The notes beneath the pieces are model-generated. The model did not search any database. It worked only from the letters and a program-made list of their open reading frames with translations, and had not been told where the DNA came from. From the NCBI GenBank assembly GCA_044892525.1, contig CM097885.1:496001-560000 (forward strand): DNA of 64,000 nucleotides, given 5' to 3'. This document shows positions 1 through 12,691 of the stretch, piece by piece. The stretch is from Schmidtea polychroa. Its lineage: Eukaryota. The position numbers were made by a program, and so were the translations under genes. The stretch's first letter is position 1. Each line of letters opens with the position of its first letter.

Positions 1-3000
1 ATAAATTTATGAATATTGCTTAATTTTGTTATTTTTAGTCATTTAAAATAATATTTAGCAAAGGTAATTTAGCAAAATATCATTTATCCACCCGATAACA
101 ATATTCCTTCAATAGATTAACTGATATTCAACCTATTTAATTTCTGGAAATATAATTAAAATCATAAATTTCCTTCATGAAAGTTAAATTTTCTTTAGTT
201 GTCGATGTCTAACTCTTTTAAGTCAATATTTTTGTTACCGTTATCTTCATAATGAATGTCCGTCTTTAAAATGTTAAATAAAATAATTTAAAGCAATAAC
301 CTTTGATATCAATTATCTCTAAATATTTCAAATATTGCATTGTCAAAACCAAGTAAATTAGTCATTACCCATTAATAAAACCGTGGATAATTAATAAAAA
401 CTGGTTCTGAAACATAAATTACTGTGCAATAACATTCATCACAACCTCTAAAACGATATAATTTCACAGGAACTATTCATAGCTGACTATTTCCCTTGAA
501 AATTTGATATTTTACCAATAAGAATATATAAATATTCAAAACATTAACCGATCCCTCACCAAATATCTTTACCCCTTAAAACACCTTAAATCGTATATAT
601 TACCATCTTAACCTTCACTAAATCCAACCGAATATAATTTCATCCACTTGTGCCCTTTAATAAATCTTAAAATCTATAGAAAATTCTTCAAAATATGAAT
701 TTTATTTAATTGTCACAGACATTCTTCCATTGAAATAATTTAGTAGCTAAATTCAAAGAGTCCACTAAAAGATCAAAATTCATTAAAATAAATATTTAAC
801 CACATGTGTCATCAAATACCTAACTAGAGATGATAATATCTCATTGATTGATCATAATTATAACCATTATAACATGATATATCTTTCAAACTAAATTTAG
901 GTATATTTTACAATAATTTTCAAGTAGATTTTAAATATATCATCATCGTGAAAAAATTAGATTGTTTCAACTTTAGATTTTCAATATTTTAAAGTTCATC
1001 AATGTGTAAATATTCTTAGAAAAATATATGAAAAAATTATTTAGTCAAATTATCATTACAAAGTCATCATCATCATCAAAATTAATAAAATATAGCAAAT
1101 TATCAAGAAATTAATTAAATTTATCTTAGAATTAACACTAAACCTTAAATATTCTTTCAATTAACATGAAATTCACAAAAAAATGTTAGTAAAATCCCGC
1201 TAACTCTAAAAAATTACCAATGAATTTAATGCCAAATAATAACCAAATATTTGCCTAAATAAAATCATTAAAACACACCAGTACCTTTACGACCAGTACC
1301 CTTACGACCAATACCCTTACGACCAATACCCTTACAAGCAGTACCCATAGAGGGAGAAAATATTTTGTCGGATAAACTCCGAGTATATATATAATAAAAC
1401 GAAATAACAATAACTCCATCAGTCAAATTATCACAAATTTTAATAAAAAATCTTATTCTAAAGTGGTAAGCAGCGTAAAATCGAAAGATAATTTTAATAA
1501 CACAGAGATAAAATTAACAATATTATTCTCAGGTGGTGAGAATCATCATTATTTTATGATTAATTAATAATGAAATTCAAAAAGGTGAAAATAAGGGTTT
1601 GAATTATTCATTAATGGAACGTAAATGTAAATATACCGAGAAGTGTCATAGATAAGATGGAAATATATTAATTGCATTTATTTAAAATTATTTCATGAAA
1701 TTCATAAAAATTTATAAAAATGATCACTTTAATAAAAAAAAATATTTAATTCAATGTTCAAAGAAATAGTTGTTGGGAGGATTAGTGGAAAATGGGGGGC
1801 TATAAGTGATGAGTATTTATAAATTATTTCTAATATATGAGTGACTAACGAATAATAATAATGTGATAAACAATTATTTTGATAAAGTATTTAATCCAAA
1901 AATGACAAACATACATAACAAATGGTATTTGACTAAGCAATTATGATAACTTTATATTTTAAATTTTGATTAACTCCTTTAATATTGAATTAATAATTAT
2001 GAGATTTACTATTTTACATTAAATATTTCAAAAACAGTTATTCTAAAAGATAATTTAAGATACATTACTCTTTTTAATCAAAATAATCTCTCAAAGTTAA
2101 GAAGGAAACAAAGTGTGTCAGAACACATACCCAGCATTAACTTTACTTAAATTTATGAAAACATCAAGTAAGCAATGATAATAGAGGGATAACAGACTCA
2201 AAAATAAAATATTCTTACCACCTGAGAATAATATTGTTAATTTTATCTCTGTGTTATTAAAATTATCTTTCGATTTTACGCTGCTTACCACTTTAGAATA
2301 AGATTTTTTATTAAAATTTGTGATAATTTGACTGATGGAGTTATTGTTATTTCGTTTTATTATATATATACTCGGAGTTTATCCGACAAAATATTTTCTC
2401 CCTCTATGGGTACTGCTTGTAAGGGTATTGGTCGTAAGGGTATTGGTCGTAAGGGTACTGGTCGTAAAGGTACTGGTGTGTTTTAATGATTTTATTTAGG
2501 CAAATATTTGGTTATTATTTGGCATTAAATTCATTGGTAATTTTTTAGAGTTAGCGGGATTTTACTAACATTTTTTTGTGAATTTCATGTTAATTGAAAG
2601 AATATTTAAGGTTTAGTGTTAATTCTAAGATAAATTTAATTAATTTCTTGATAATTTGCTATATTTTATTAATTTTGATGATGATGATGACTTTGTAATG
2701 ATAATTTGACTAAATAATTTTTTCATATATTTTTCTAAGAATATTTACACATTGATGAACTTTAAAATATTGAAAATCTAAAGTTGAAACAATCTAATTT
2801 TTTCACGATGATGATATATTTAAAATCTACTTGAAAATTATTGTAAAATATACCTAAATTTAGTTTGAAAGATATATCATGTTATAATGGTTATAATTAT
2901 GATCAATCAATGAGATATTATCATCTCTAGTTAGGTATTTGATGACACATGTGGTTAAATATTTATTTTAATGAATTTTGATCTTTTAGTGGACTCTTTG

Positions 3001-3753
3001 AATTTAGCTACTAAATTATTTCAATGGAAGAATGTCTGTGACAATTAAATAAAATTCATATTTTGAAGAATTTTCTATAGATTTTAAGATTTATTAAAGG
3101 GCACAAGTGGATGAAATTATATTCGGTTGGATTTAGTGAAGGTTAAGATGGTAATATATACGATTTAAGGTGTTTTAAGGGGTAAAGATATTTGGTGAGG
3201 GATCGGTTAATGTTTTGAATATTTATATATTCTTATTGATAAAATATCAAATTTTCAAGGGAAATAGTCAGCTATGAATAGTTCCTGTGAAATTATATCG
3301 TTTTAGAGGTTGTGATGAATGTTATTGCACAGTAATTTATGTTTCAGAACCAGTTTTTATTAATTATCCACGGTTTTATTAATGGGTAATGACTAATTTA
3401 CTTGGTTTTGACAATGCAATATTTGAAATATTTAGAGATAATTGATATCAAAGGTTATTGCTTTAAATTATTTTATTTAACATTTTAAAGACGGACATTC
3501 ATTATGAAGATAACGGTAACAAAAATATTGACTTAAAAGAGTTAGACATCGACAACTAAAGAAAATTTAACTTTCATGAAGGAAATTTATGATTTTAATT
3601 ATATTTCCAGAAATTAAATAGGTTGAATATCAGTTAATCTATTGAAGGAATATTGTTATCGGGTGGATAAATGATATTTTGCTAAATTACCTTTGCTAAA
3701 TATTATTTTAAATGACTAAAAATAACAAAATTAAGCAATATTCATAAATTTAT
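1..3753. repeat. Large near-perfect inverted repeat: arms 1-1543 and 2211-3753, 667-bp spacer; left arm probably continues before the window
   Basis: Position n pairs with 3754-n at every point checked, e.g. window start ATAAATTTATGAATATTGC vs GCAATATTCATAAATTTAT ending at 3753, and 1521-1543 vs 2211-2233. Only rare mismatches. Confidence 0.97.
1281..1383 (+). repeat. Copy of the TIR-like motif with 15-bp subrepeats
   Basis: (GTACCCTTACGACCA)n then CCCATAGAGGGAGAAAATATTTTGTCGGATAAACTCCGAG|TATA; mirror of 2371-2473. Confidence 0.9.
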
Positions 3754-4269
3754 CGCACAAAATGTCCATGTTTTGGTTACTCAAACATCTTAAATTTCTC
3801 GCAAAGATATATTACGTCTAATGATCATCTAATTAAATTAGAAAATAATTGTTACTTTATAATATATATTTCTAAATAATAGGCCCCTTAATTGGATAAA
3901 TGATAACCATATTTCTATTATGACTCCTTTAATTATTTTTGCCTCAAACAAATTTACTCCAAATGATAAAGAATTTAAAATTATCAATGAATAATGACCA
4001 TGTTTTTCTCATATTATTAACTATTGTAACGAACATTAGATGAATAAATTAATTTTTGCTTTAAATGACTACAAAGTTAACCAATAAATTAGTCGCTCGA
4101 CATAAGTGTAAAGTTACATTTAAAATATTCACGAATTTCTGATCATCTCACTAAATTACCTAAGAATTTCTAAATGATTAATATAGCCTTGCGACATGTT
4201 GAATGTGACCAGTACCCTTGCTAGCAATACCCATAGGGGGACAGAATATTTTGTCGGATAAACTAGGAG
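2371..4269. mobile_element. Putative non-autonomous TIR DNA transposon (~1.9 kb), TA-flanked
   Basis: Left end TA|CTCGGAGTTTATCCGACAAAATATTTTCTCCCTCTATGGGTACTGC. Right end GCAATACCCATAGGGGGACAGAATATTTTGTCGGATAAACTAGGAG|TA. Subterminal 15-bp GTACCCTTACGACCA units; no transposase ORF. Confidence 0.6.
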
Positions 4270-5648
4270 TATATGGTCTTTATTGATATATCAAAATACT
4301 GTTATTTATAAATCAACTAAAAATACTCAAAAATACTATATTATTTTACTGAATGATACCTTAAATGTTTTTAATATACATATTTCTAAAATAAATCAAC
4401 AGTTCAAACCAACAACATGTATGCAAGACCACCCATTGTTAATTTATTCCCAGTGACACGTCCCTCAAGAATACCGTGAGTGTTTTAACAAAACTGAGCT
4501 CAAAGAAACTTTCCAGATAACAACTCACCTGAATGTTTTGAACAAAAATGAGCGAAATTGAGAACAAACGATTAGATGGCGATTAAATTCTGGCCACAAC
4601 CCTAACAACATGAAAAATAAGATTTTCATTATTGAATTCGTTGTTTACTGCCTGGAAATACTAACAGAATATTTTTTAATTCAAAGAATCTTCATTATAA
4701 ATTTTGAATTTAAAAAATTAAATGAAGGATATATAAGTGTACATAAAATTATAATATTATATAAAATTATACTATATAATAATGTTAATGTTTAAATATG
4801 CTTAAATAACTAAATTGTTTAAATATTTTTAAATAACTAAATTAAATTATTTAAATTTAATTTATTTAAATATACTTTTGATATAACTTTATTTCTTTCG
4901 TTTTAGTATCCATAAAGTAAGCAAATAAAGAATTTACTACAATATTTTAATTATTTTACTTAGTAATGAAGAAAATGAATTATATGATTATGAAGAAGAT
5001 GAACCAGACAAAATGGTGAAACACTAAATGACTTATGTTCTGGATTTAGAAATTTCTTATTAAAACATGAATTATAGAAAAAAATGAACCAGACAAAATG
5101 GTGAAACACTAAAGGAGTTATAGTTCCGGATTTCTTAAATGAATTAGCTGATTGTGGGTGTCCTTCAACATGAATGTTTACTTAAATTATGTAAACTTTC
5201 AACGATTGTCAAGAAAAATGGGAAAAACCGATGTTTTAGCAATTAGATATTGTAAAGTACTACCTGAAGAATATTATTATTAATGTAAGACATGAATTAA
5301 TTCTTTAAAATATATATATTATATTTAGGTATCTGTGTTTTATGCTGGGAAATGACATTGAAAAAGTATACCACAAATAACAGTTGCCTAATTTATCAAG
5401 CCTGTGACGATAAAATGCTAGATAATGTAAGTTAATTGCTTTTAAATCAATATAAATTTTAGCAATGATAGTTGACGCCACATCAGAAACTAAGAAATAT
5501 GTCCAATTCGCAAGATGTATTCCAAATGGCCCGATGGAGATGATAATTTTGAGATAGAATACCAGCAGAAGAGCGAGAAAAATTTGTAAATTAAATATAA
5601 TAGGGTTGGGTGGGTCCTCTTTATCCCTTAATTAATATATATTTACAA

Positions 5649-5695
5649 GCTGATCGTCGTGGTGGGCGGTTGTAATCCAACTAGTGGGAGGCCTC
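5649..5695 (+). ncRNA. Possible 5' fragment (Alu domain) of 7SL/SRP RNA, pseudogenic
   Basis: GCTGATCGTCGTGGTGGGCGGTTGTAATCCAACTAGTGGGAGGCC resembles the metazoan 7SL 5' end (GTGG...TGTAATCC...GGGAGGC). No S domain is visible downstream. Confidence 0.4.
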
Positions 5696-6074
5696 TGTAA
5701 ATATATATTTGTGTTAGTGAAAACATTAATTAATTTAGTTATAGTGCCAATGACGCATGTATTTTGAAATTATACGTTTCGAATGTGCTGGTAGTTGACT
5801 ACCCATGCTAGGCGTAATGTTCCATACAGAAAACTATAATGCCCAGGTTCTTCTGACCCCACTTGGGGGAGGCACAGACGACCCTTGTGGACGCGAACAA
5901 ATATCCACCGTGTCTTTCAGGCACAGATATTTGATCACTGCTCATTAGGCCTGGCAATACTAAATGCATAAACTTTGCCTTGTCCTCTCTTGTCTTGATT
6001 TTTTATCGTTTAAATATAAAAGTGTGTGTGATAGGTTTTATTTACTAACCATAATTAATATACCCTTGCGATAT

Positions 6075-6146
6075 GTTGAGTGTGAGTAGTACCTTTGTGA
6101 GCAATACCCATAGGGGGACAGAATATTTTGTCGGATAGACTAGGAG
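6075..6146 (+). repeat. Solo copy of the TIR-like motif
   Basis: GCAATACCCATAGGGGGACAGAATATTTTGTCGGATAGACTAGGAG|TATA. Confidence 0.85.
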
Positions 6147-6308
6147 TATATACACCCATGTTAAACAAGGTATGTGTATATAGGATGTGTGTGTAAAATT
6201 ATCGCTCCTTATTGACAACTTCCTGTAAAGGCAAACACAGAATACTGCAAACATAATAATACTCTACCCCATAACTTAGTATGTAAAAATTATTTAAGGT
6301 TTTTTCAC

Positions 6309-6324
6309 TAATAATAATAATAAT

Positions 6325-6372
<48 letters not shown>

Positions 6373-6950
6373 GTTTAATGGGTTGTATATGTGTGTAAAA
6401 AATATTTGAGGTTTTCACTAATATTGATAATAATAATGGTTTATGAGTGTTTTTATGTTTTTGACTAATATTTGCAATAATAATAATGGTTAATGGGTTG
6501 TGTGTGTGTGTGTGTGTAGAAAATATTTTAGGTTTTCACTAATATTGATAATAATAATTGTTAGTGGGTTGTGTGAGTGTAAATAATATTTTAGGTTTTT
6601 GACTAATATTTGCAATAATAATAATAATAATAATAAGTTTAATGAGTTGTATGTGTGTGTGTAAAAATATTTTAGGTTTTCACTAATATTGATAATAATA
6701 ATGGTTAATGAGTTGTGTGTGTGTAAAAATATTTTAGGTTTTTAATATTGATAATAATAATAATAATGGTTAATGGGTTGTGTGTGTGTGTAAAAAATAT
6801 TTTATGTTTTCACTAATAATGATAATAATAATGGTTAATGAGTTGTGCATGTGTGTGTGTGTAGAAAATATTTTAGGTTTTTAATATTGATAATAATAAT
6901 AATGGTTGAGGGGTTGTGTGTGTAAACCATATTTTAGATTTTTCATTAAC

Positions 6951-7026
<76 letters not shown>

Positions 7027-7027
7027 T
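6309..7027. repeat. (AAT)n microsatellites bracketing a ~60-bp degenerate minisatellite
   Basis: AAT runs at ~6309-6371 and ~6950-7027. Between them, repeated AATAATAATGGTTAATGRGTTG(TG)nTAAAAATATTTTAGGTTTT units. Confidence 0.9.
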
Positions 7028-7109
7028 TCTTGGGAGTTGTAATAATAATTCTTTGAAAATATCTTAGTCATTATTAATAATACTAATAATACCCTAGCGA
7101 GTTGTTGAT

Positions 7110-7180
7110 TGTGAGCAGTACCCTGGTGATCAGTACCCTTGTGAGCAGTACCCATAGGGGGACAGAATATTTTGTCGGAT
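7110..7180 (+). repeat. Solo, end-truncated copy of the TIR-like motif
   Basis: GCAGTACCC 15-bp units then CCCATAGGGGGACAGAATATTTTGTCGGATA. Confidence 0.85.
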
Positions 7181-7199
7181 ATAGATTATATATAATAAT

Positions 7200-8324
7200 A
7201 ACAACTTCCACGCGTGCGTTAATATTTTAAAAGAAAATATTGAAAATTAAAAAATAATAATATGTAATCAACGATTTAAACAAATTATATTATTACGTAT
7301 TCGATAATTAAAACAAAAAATTATATAATCAATGATTAAAACAAAATTATATAATCTACGATTTAAACAAAATTAAATTATTATGTAATCGATAATTAAA
7401 ACAAAATTAATAGTTCGAAAAATAAGAGGCATCGTTCTAAAAATATGACGTAATCATTCTAAAAATAAGAGGCACCATTCTAAAAGTATGACGTAATCAT
7501 TCTAAAAATATTAGGCATCGTTCTAAAATTATGACGTAATCATTCTAAAAATATTAGGCCTCATTCTAAAAGTATAACGTAATCATTCTAAAAATATTAG
7601 GCATCATTCTAAAAATATTAGGCATCGTTCTAAAAATATTAGGCATCGTTCTAAAAATATTAGGCATCGTTCTAAAAATATGATGAGTCATTGTCTTTGT
7701 TCTAAAAATGTGATGAGTCATCGTATGATAAAAATATTAGGCATCGTTCTAAAAATGTGACGTAATCATTCTAAAAATATTAGGCATCGTTCTAAAAATA
7801 TTAGGCATCGTTGAGTGAGTCATTCTCCATGTTAATATTAATGATGTTGATACCTTCAATAGCTCATTCGAAAGGTCTTGGACCGAGCTTTAAGATGAGG
7901 TATCGTTCAATAAATTCAGATGATGGAAACATTAATTTTTGGGATGAAAAAAAGTAGGTCACCGCTGGACCAATTAATAATATTTTGAATAATAATAATA
8001 ATTTAACGTTGAAAAGATGGTGGACATCAATTTTTAATAACATTAAAACTATTAAAGATATATAAGATACCTATAGCTCATTCGAAAGGTCTTGGACTGA
8101 GCTTTAAGATGGGGTATCGTCCAATAAAATCTGTTGGCGGGAACATTAATTTTCTGGATGAAAAAAAGTAGGTCACCGCTGGACCAATTAATTTAAAAAA
8201 AATTACGTAATAGTTCTAAAAATATTAGGCATCGTTCTAAAAAAAAAATAAAATTTTTCAGACCGGGGGGGGGGTATATGTGGCCTGGCGGTGACCTGGT
8301 CTGGCGGTGACCAATCATACTACT
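7200..8324. mobile_element. Candidate Polinton terminal repeat (right end), orphan
   Basis: Ends ...GGGGGGTATATGTGGCCTGGCGGTGACCTGGTCTGGCGGTGACCAATCATACTACT|, which reads 5'-AGTAGT on the minus strand. The satellite resumes exactly at 8325. Internal 21-bp tandem array; left limit uncertain. Confidence 0.55.
7420..7815. repeat. 21-bp tandem minisatellite (AGGCATCGTTCTAAAAATATT with TGACGTAATCA variants)
   Basis: Directly visible, roughly 18 units. Confidence 0.92.
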
Positions 8325-9010
8325 CACCTACCAAGTACTAACCACCAGTTACCAACTACTAAGCATTAATTACCTACAACTAGTTACTAACAACTAGATA
8401 CCAAGTACATACAACCAGACACTAAGCATTATCAACCAAGTACTAACAACTAAATACTAAACACTAACAACCGACAATAACCAGGTACTAAGCATCATCA
8501 ACCAACTACTAAGTACCTACAACTAGTTACTAACAACTAACTACCAAGTACATACAACCAACAACAACTAGGTACCAGATACCAACTAGCTACCAAGTAC
8601 TAACAACCAGTTACCAACTACTAAGCATTAATTACCTACAACTAGTTACTAACAACTAGATACCAAGTACATACAACCAGACACTAAGCATTATCAACCA
8701 AGTACTAACAACTAAATACTAAACACTAACAACCGACAATAACTAGGTACTAAGCATCATCAACCAACTACTAAGTACCTACAACTAGTTACTAACAACC
8801 AGTTACCTGATACTAAGTACCTACAACCACCTACCAAGTACTAACAACCAGTTACCAACTACTAAGCATTAATTACCTACAACTAGTTACTAACAACTAG
8901 ATACCAAGTACATACAACCAACATCAACCAGGTACTAGATACCAAGTACTAACAACCAAGTAACCTACCTAGTAATAAGCACTGTCAACTAGATACCAAA
9001 CACTTACAAG
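8325..9010. repeat. A/C-rich satellite with a 262/241-bp higher-order period
   Basis: CTAAGCATTAATTACC recurs at 8359, 8621 and 8862; built from ACAACTAG/ACCAAGTACTA words. Confidence 0.9.
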
Positions 9011-9315
9011 CAGATGACCACATGAAATTATTGGTTAAATATGAAAATAAGGGTTATAATTAGTTGTTAAGTAAATTATGGTGTAAAATTAGGAAATAAA
9101 GAATAATTAGGTAAATTAAAGTAATAATTTTTAAAAAAGTAAATTAAGGTTCAAATTTTAAATTAAATAAGTAAATTAAAGTAATAATTTTTAAATAATT
9201 AATGTACTAAGTAAATTAAACTAAGATTTTTAAATTTATTATCAAAAGATTGAATAACCACCAACTTTTTTGAGAAATGTAATTTATAATGTAAATTTAA
9301 ATGGAAATTTAAATG

Positions 9316-9346
<31 letters not shown>

Positions 9347-9770
9347 TCAACAGTTACCAACAATCGGTTACTGATTATTTTTTAACTAGGTGCTAACAAA
9401 TACTTACAACATGATACCACGTACTAACTAACTCTCAAACAACCAGATACTTACAACTAGCTACTAAATATTCTTCACTGTATTTTATGAAATGTATTTT
9501 TTTAAATTAATTTTTTATACATCTACAAAAATATATATTTAATTACAATCATTAGAAAAACCTTTTCAAATTTAACAAAATTGTTGATTTTCATCAAAAA
9601 ACCACAACTCATCACCACGTGAAATTCAAAATAATTTAAATTACAATGAAAGACTAATGAATTCTAATTTACAAAACATTCTTCTTTTAAATGATAACTA
9701 CTGACTTATTATTGCAATGTAAAAATTGCATTCAATAAATACTTATTGTTGATCAGTTTTATTATATATA

Positions 9771-12691
9771 CTCTGAGTTTATCCGACAGGATGTTTTGAC
9801 CTCCTAAGGGTACAGGTCGTAAGGGTACAGGTCGTAAGGGTACTGGTCGTAGGGGTATTGGTAACACTCAACCACAACCTACCCATTAACTAGCTACTAA
9901 GTACTAACAACCAGTTACCTGATACCAACTACTAACAACCACCATCAAAACCCATCGAGAAATTAACAAATATCAACCTACAACTATATAACAACAATCA
10001 ATAAACAACACTGTACCAACTACCATATACAAGATACCAACAACTTAGTACCAACAATCAACTAACCACACATAAAAATAATAGCAATTAAATACAAAAT
10101 ACTCTTCATCACATACACTATTTTCTTATCAAAATCTAAAAAGTCAACCAACTACTTACAACCAACAACTATGTACTAACAAATTGATCTTTAAAAGCAA
10201 ATACTCATCACTTGAAAAATTAGATGGAAAATTAATTGAACTCAAGGCATCAATAACTTGATAAAAATTGATTAAATTATTGTAAAAAATCTATTTACTA
10301 ATTCCTCAATATATTCAAAAAATCAGTATGAATTCATTAAAATTATCAAAGTCAGCAATCTACAATAAAAATAATTATCATTAAATTCCAAAAGAGACTA
10401 GATAACTAATGATAACATCTAACAAACCAGTAAATTCATTTAAATAATTGGTATATTCAAGCGAATTCTCTAATAAAATCATCTAAAAAGAATCAAATTT
10501 CCCTGAAATAACTATATCTTTAAAGATTAGTATTTTATCGATAAATATCCTTAAAAGGTTATATATTTACCTCTGACTAATAAGATTGCTTAAAATCCCT
10601 TTAAATGACTATAATTCTAACTTTAATTCCTATTATCACGAATATTTCTTTATAAAACATGTAAAATCATTAACCCTAAAGAATTTATAAAATCTAATGA
10701 CAAAACCGGTTATAATAAAATTTTTGTTAATCACTGTAAATTTTTGTAAATCACTGTACTCGAAATTTAAAATAAATATAACTGACTAGGTCCCATTGAA
10801 AGATTAAATTTATCCATTCAATAAAATATATTTCTTCAAATGATCATTTTACCGATATTCAACCGATTTAATTACTAATTAAAATCAAGATTTCTTCCAA
10901 TAAAGATCAATTTTATTTAGTTGTTGTCGATGTTTTAAGTCCATATTTCTCAACTTTAACTTTTGTCATTCTCCCTCTTAAATAAAGATAAAAATAATTT
11001 AAAGTTGATATCAATCCCATTTATCTGTAAAGTTTTCATTGTCAAAACCAAGTAAATCGATCATTATCCCTACTTAATAATCCATAAATCTAAATTAATA
11101 TACAATGAATTAATCACAACCTAATAAAACAATATAATTATTATTGATACATAACTGACTAATTGATATTTCCCTTAAAACAATGATATTTTACCAACAT
11201 TACCCATGTAAATATTCAAAAGATTTCCATCTTAACCCATCCATCATTAAATTTAACCGACTACATCCCCTGAAAAGATCATATTTTCCCATCGAAACCC
11301 TTCCCTCATTAAAAGCAACCGACTATATCTTTCTTAAAATGAAATATTTCCCATATTAACCGACTATATCCCCATTAAAAAATCATATATTCCCACCTTA
11401 TCTGATCACTCATTAAATCTCACCGACAATATCCCATCTTAACCGATCTCTCACCAAATATTTCTACCCTTTTAAACATCTATCCGATTATATCCCTTAT
11501 TTTCCCTAAAGATTCCGCCCACTTGAGCCCTTTAATATATATCAATCCTCTTAAAATCCTCAGAGAAATTCAAAAATATGACTTTTAATTAATTGTTATA
11601 GAACCAGACAAATAATAAGAGCCCATTAAAAGATCAAAATTCACTAAATTTTCTACAAATATTTACCATCAAATACTGGAGATGATATATATTGTTTGAT
11701 CATAATTCTTCAGCTATTCAACCAATCATTTTCAAGCAATAACAGCAAACTAAATTTCTGTATATCCTACAATAATTATCAAGTAAATTTAAAGTCATTG
11801 ATAAAGTTGGTTTCTTAGCTTATGTTTTTTAAAGTGCATCAATGTGTAAATATTCTTAGAAAATTATTTAGTCAAATACATTACAAAGTTATCATCAAAA
11901 ATCACTTAATTATTAACCTAATTGTCAATGAAATTAATTTTTATTTAAAAACTATTCAATAAAATACAACTAATTATCAAGAAATTAATTAAATTTATCA
12001 ATTAAATTTATCAGTCAACATGAAAGTTTTAGAAAATTGTTCAATATCCTCATAAAAATTTATCATATCACTTGATTATTGTAAAAACTCTAATTATTAA
12101 CCTCATTGAAAATAATTTTTATTTAAAATAAAAAAAAAACAAGTCAATAAAAATACATCCAATTATCAAGAAATTAATTAAATTTATCTTAGAATTAGCA
12201 TTAAATTATTAAATATTCATTCAATAAACATCAAATTTGCAAAAATGTTAGAAATCCACAAAAATAATAGAAATTTACAAAAATAATAGAAATTCATAAA
12301 AATAATAGAAATTCACAAAATTGATAAAAATTCACAAAAAACGATAAAAATTCACAGGAATGATAGAAATTCACAAGAATGATAAAAATCCACAAGAATA
12401 ATAGAAATTCATAAAAATGATAGATATCCACAAAAATTACTGATATTCACAAAAAATGATAGAAATTCATAAAAATGATAGAAATTCACAAAAAAGATAG
12501 AAATTTACTTGAATAAAACCATCAACTCTAAAAATTATCAATGAATGCCTTAAACAACAAATTTGCTTAAATTCAAATAAAAGCATTAAATACCTTTACG
12601 ACTAATACACTTACGACATGTTGAATGTGAGTAGTACCCTTGTGAGCAATACCCATAGGGGGACAGAATATTTTGTCGGATAAACTCAGAG
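9771..12691. mobile_element. Second putative TA-flanked non-autonomous TIR element (~2.9 kb), same family
   Basis: TATA|CTCTGAGTTTATCCGACAGG... and ...TTTTGTCGGATAAACTCAGAG|TATA. Interior 10800-12690 is a diverged homolog of ~80-1383. Confidence 0.55.
12250..12505. repeat. ~19-bp tandem minisatellite (AAAAATGATAGAAATTCAC)
   Basis: About a dozen visible units. Confidence 0.88.

Noticed and set aside
6946..7155. Poly-Tyr ORF
   Set aside because: Translation of the (AAT)n microsatellite.
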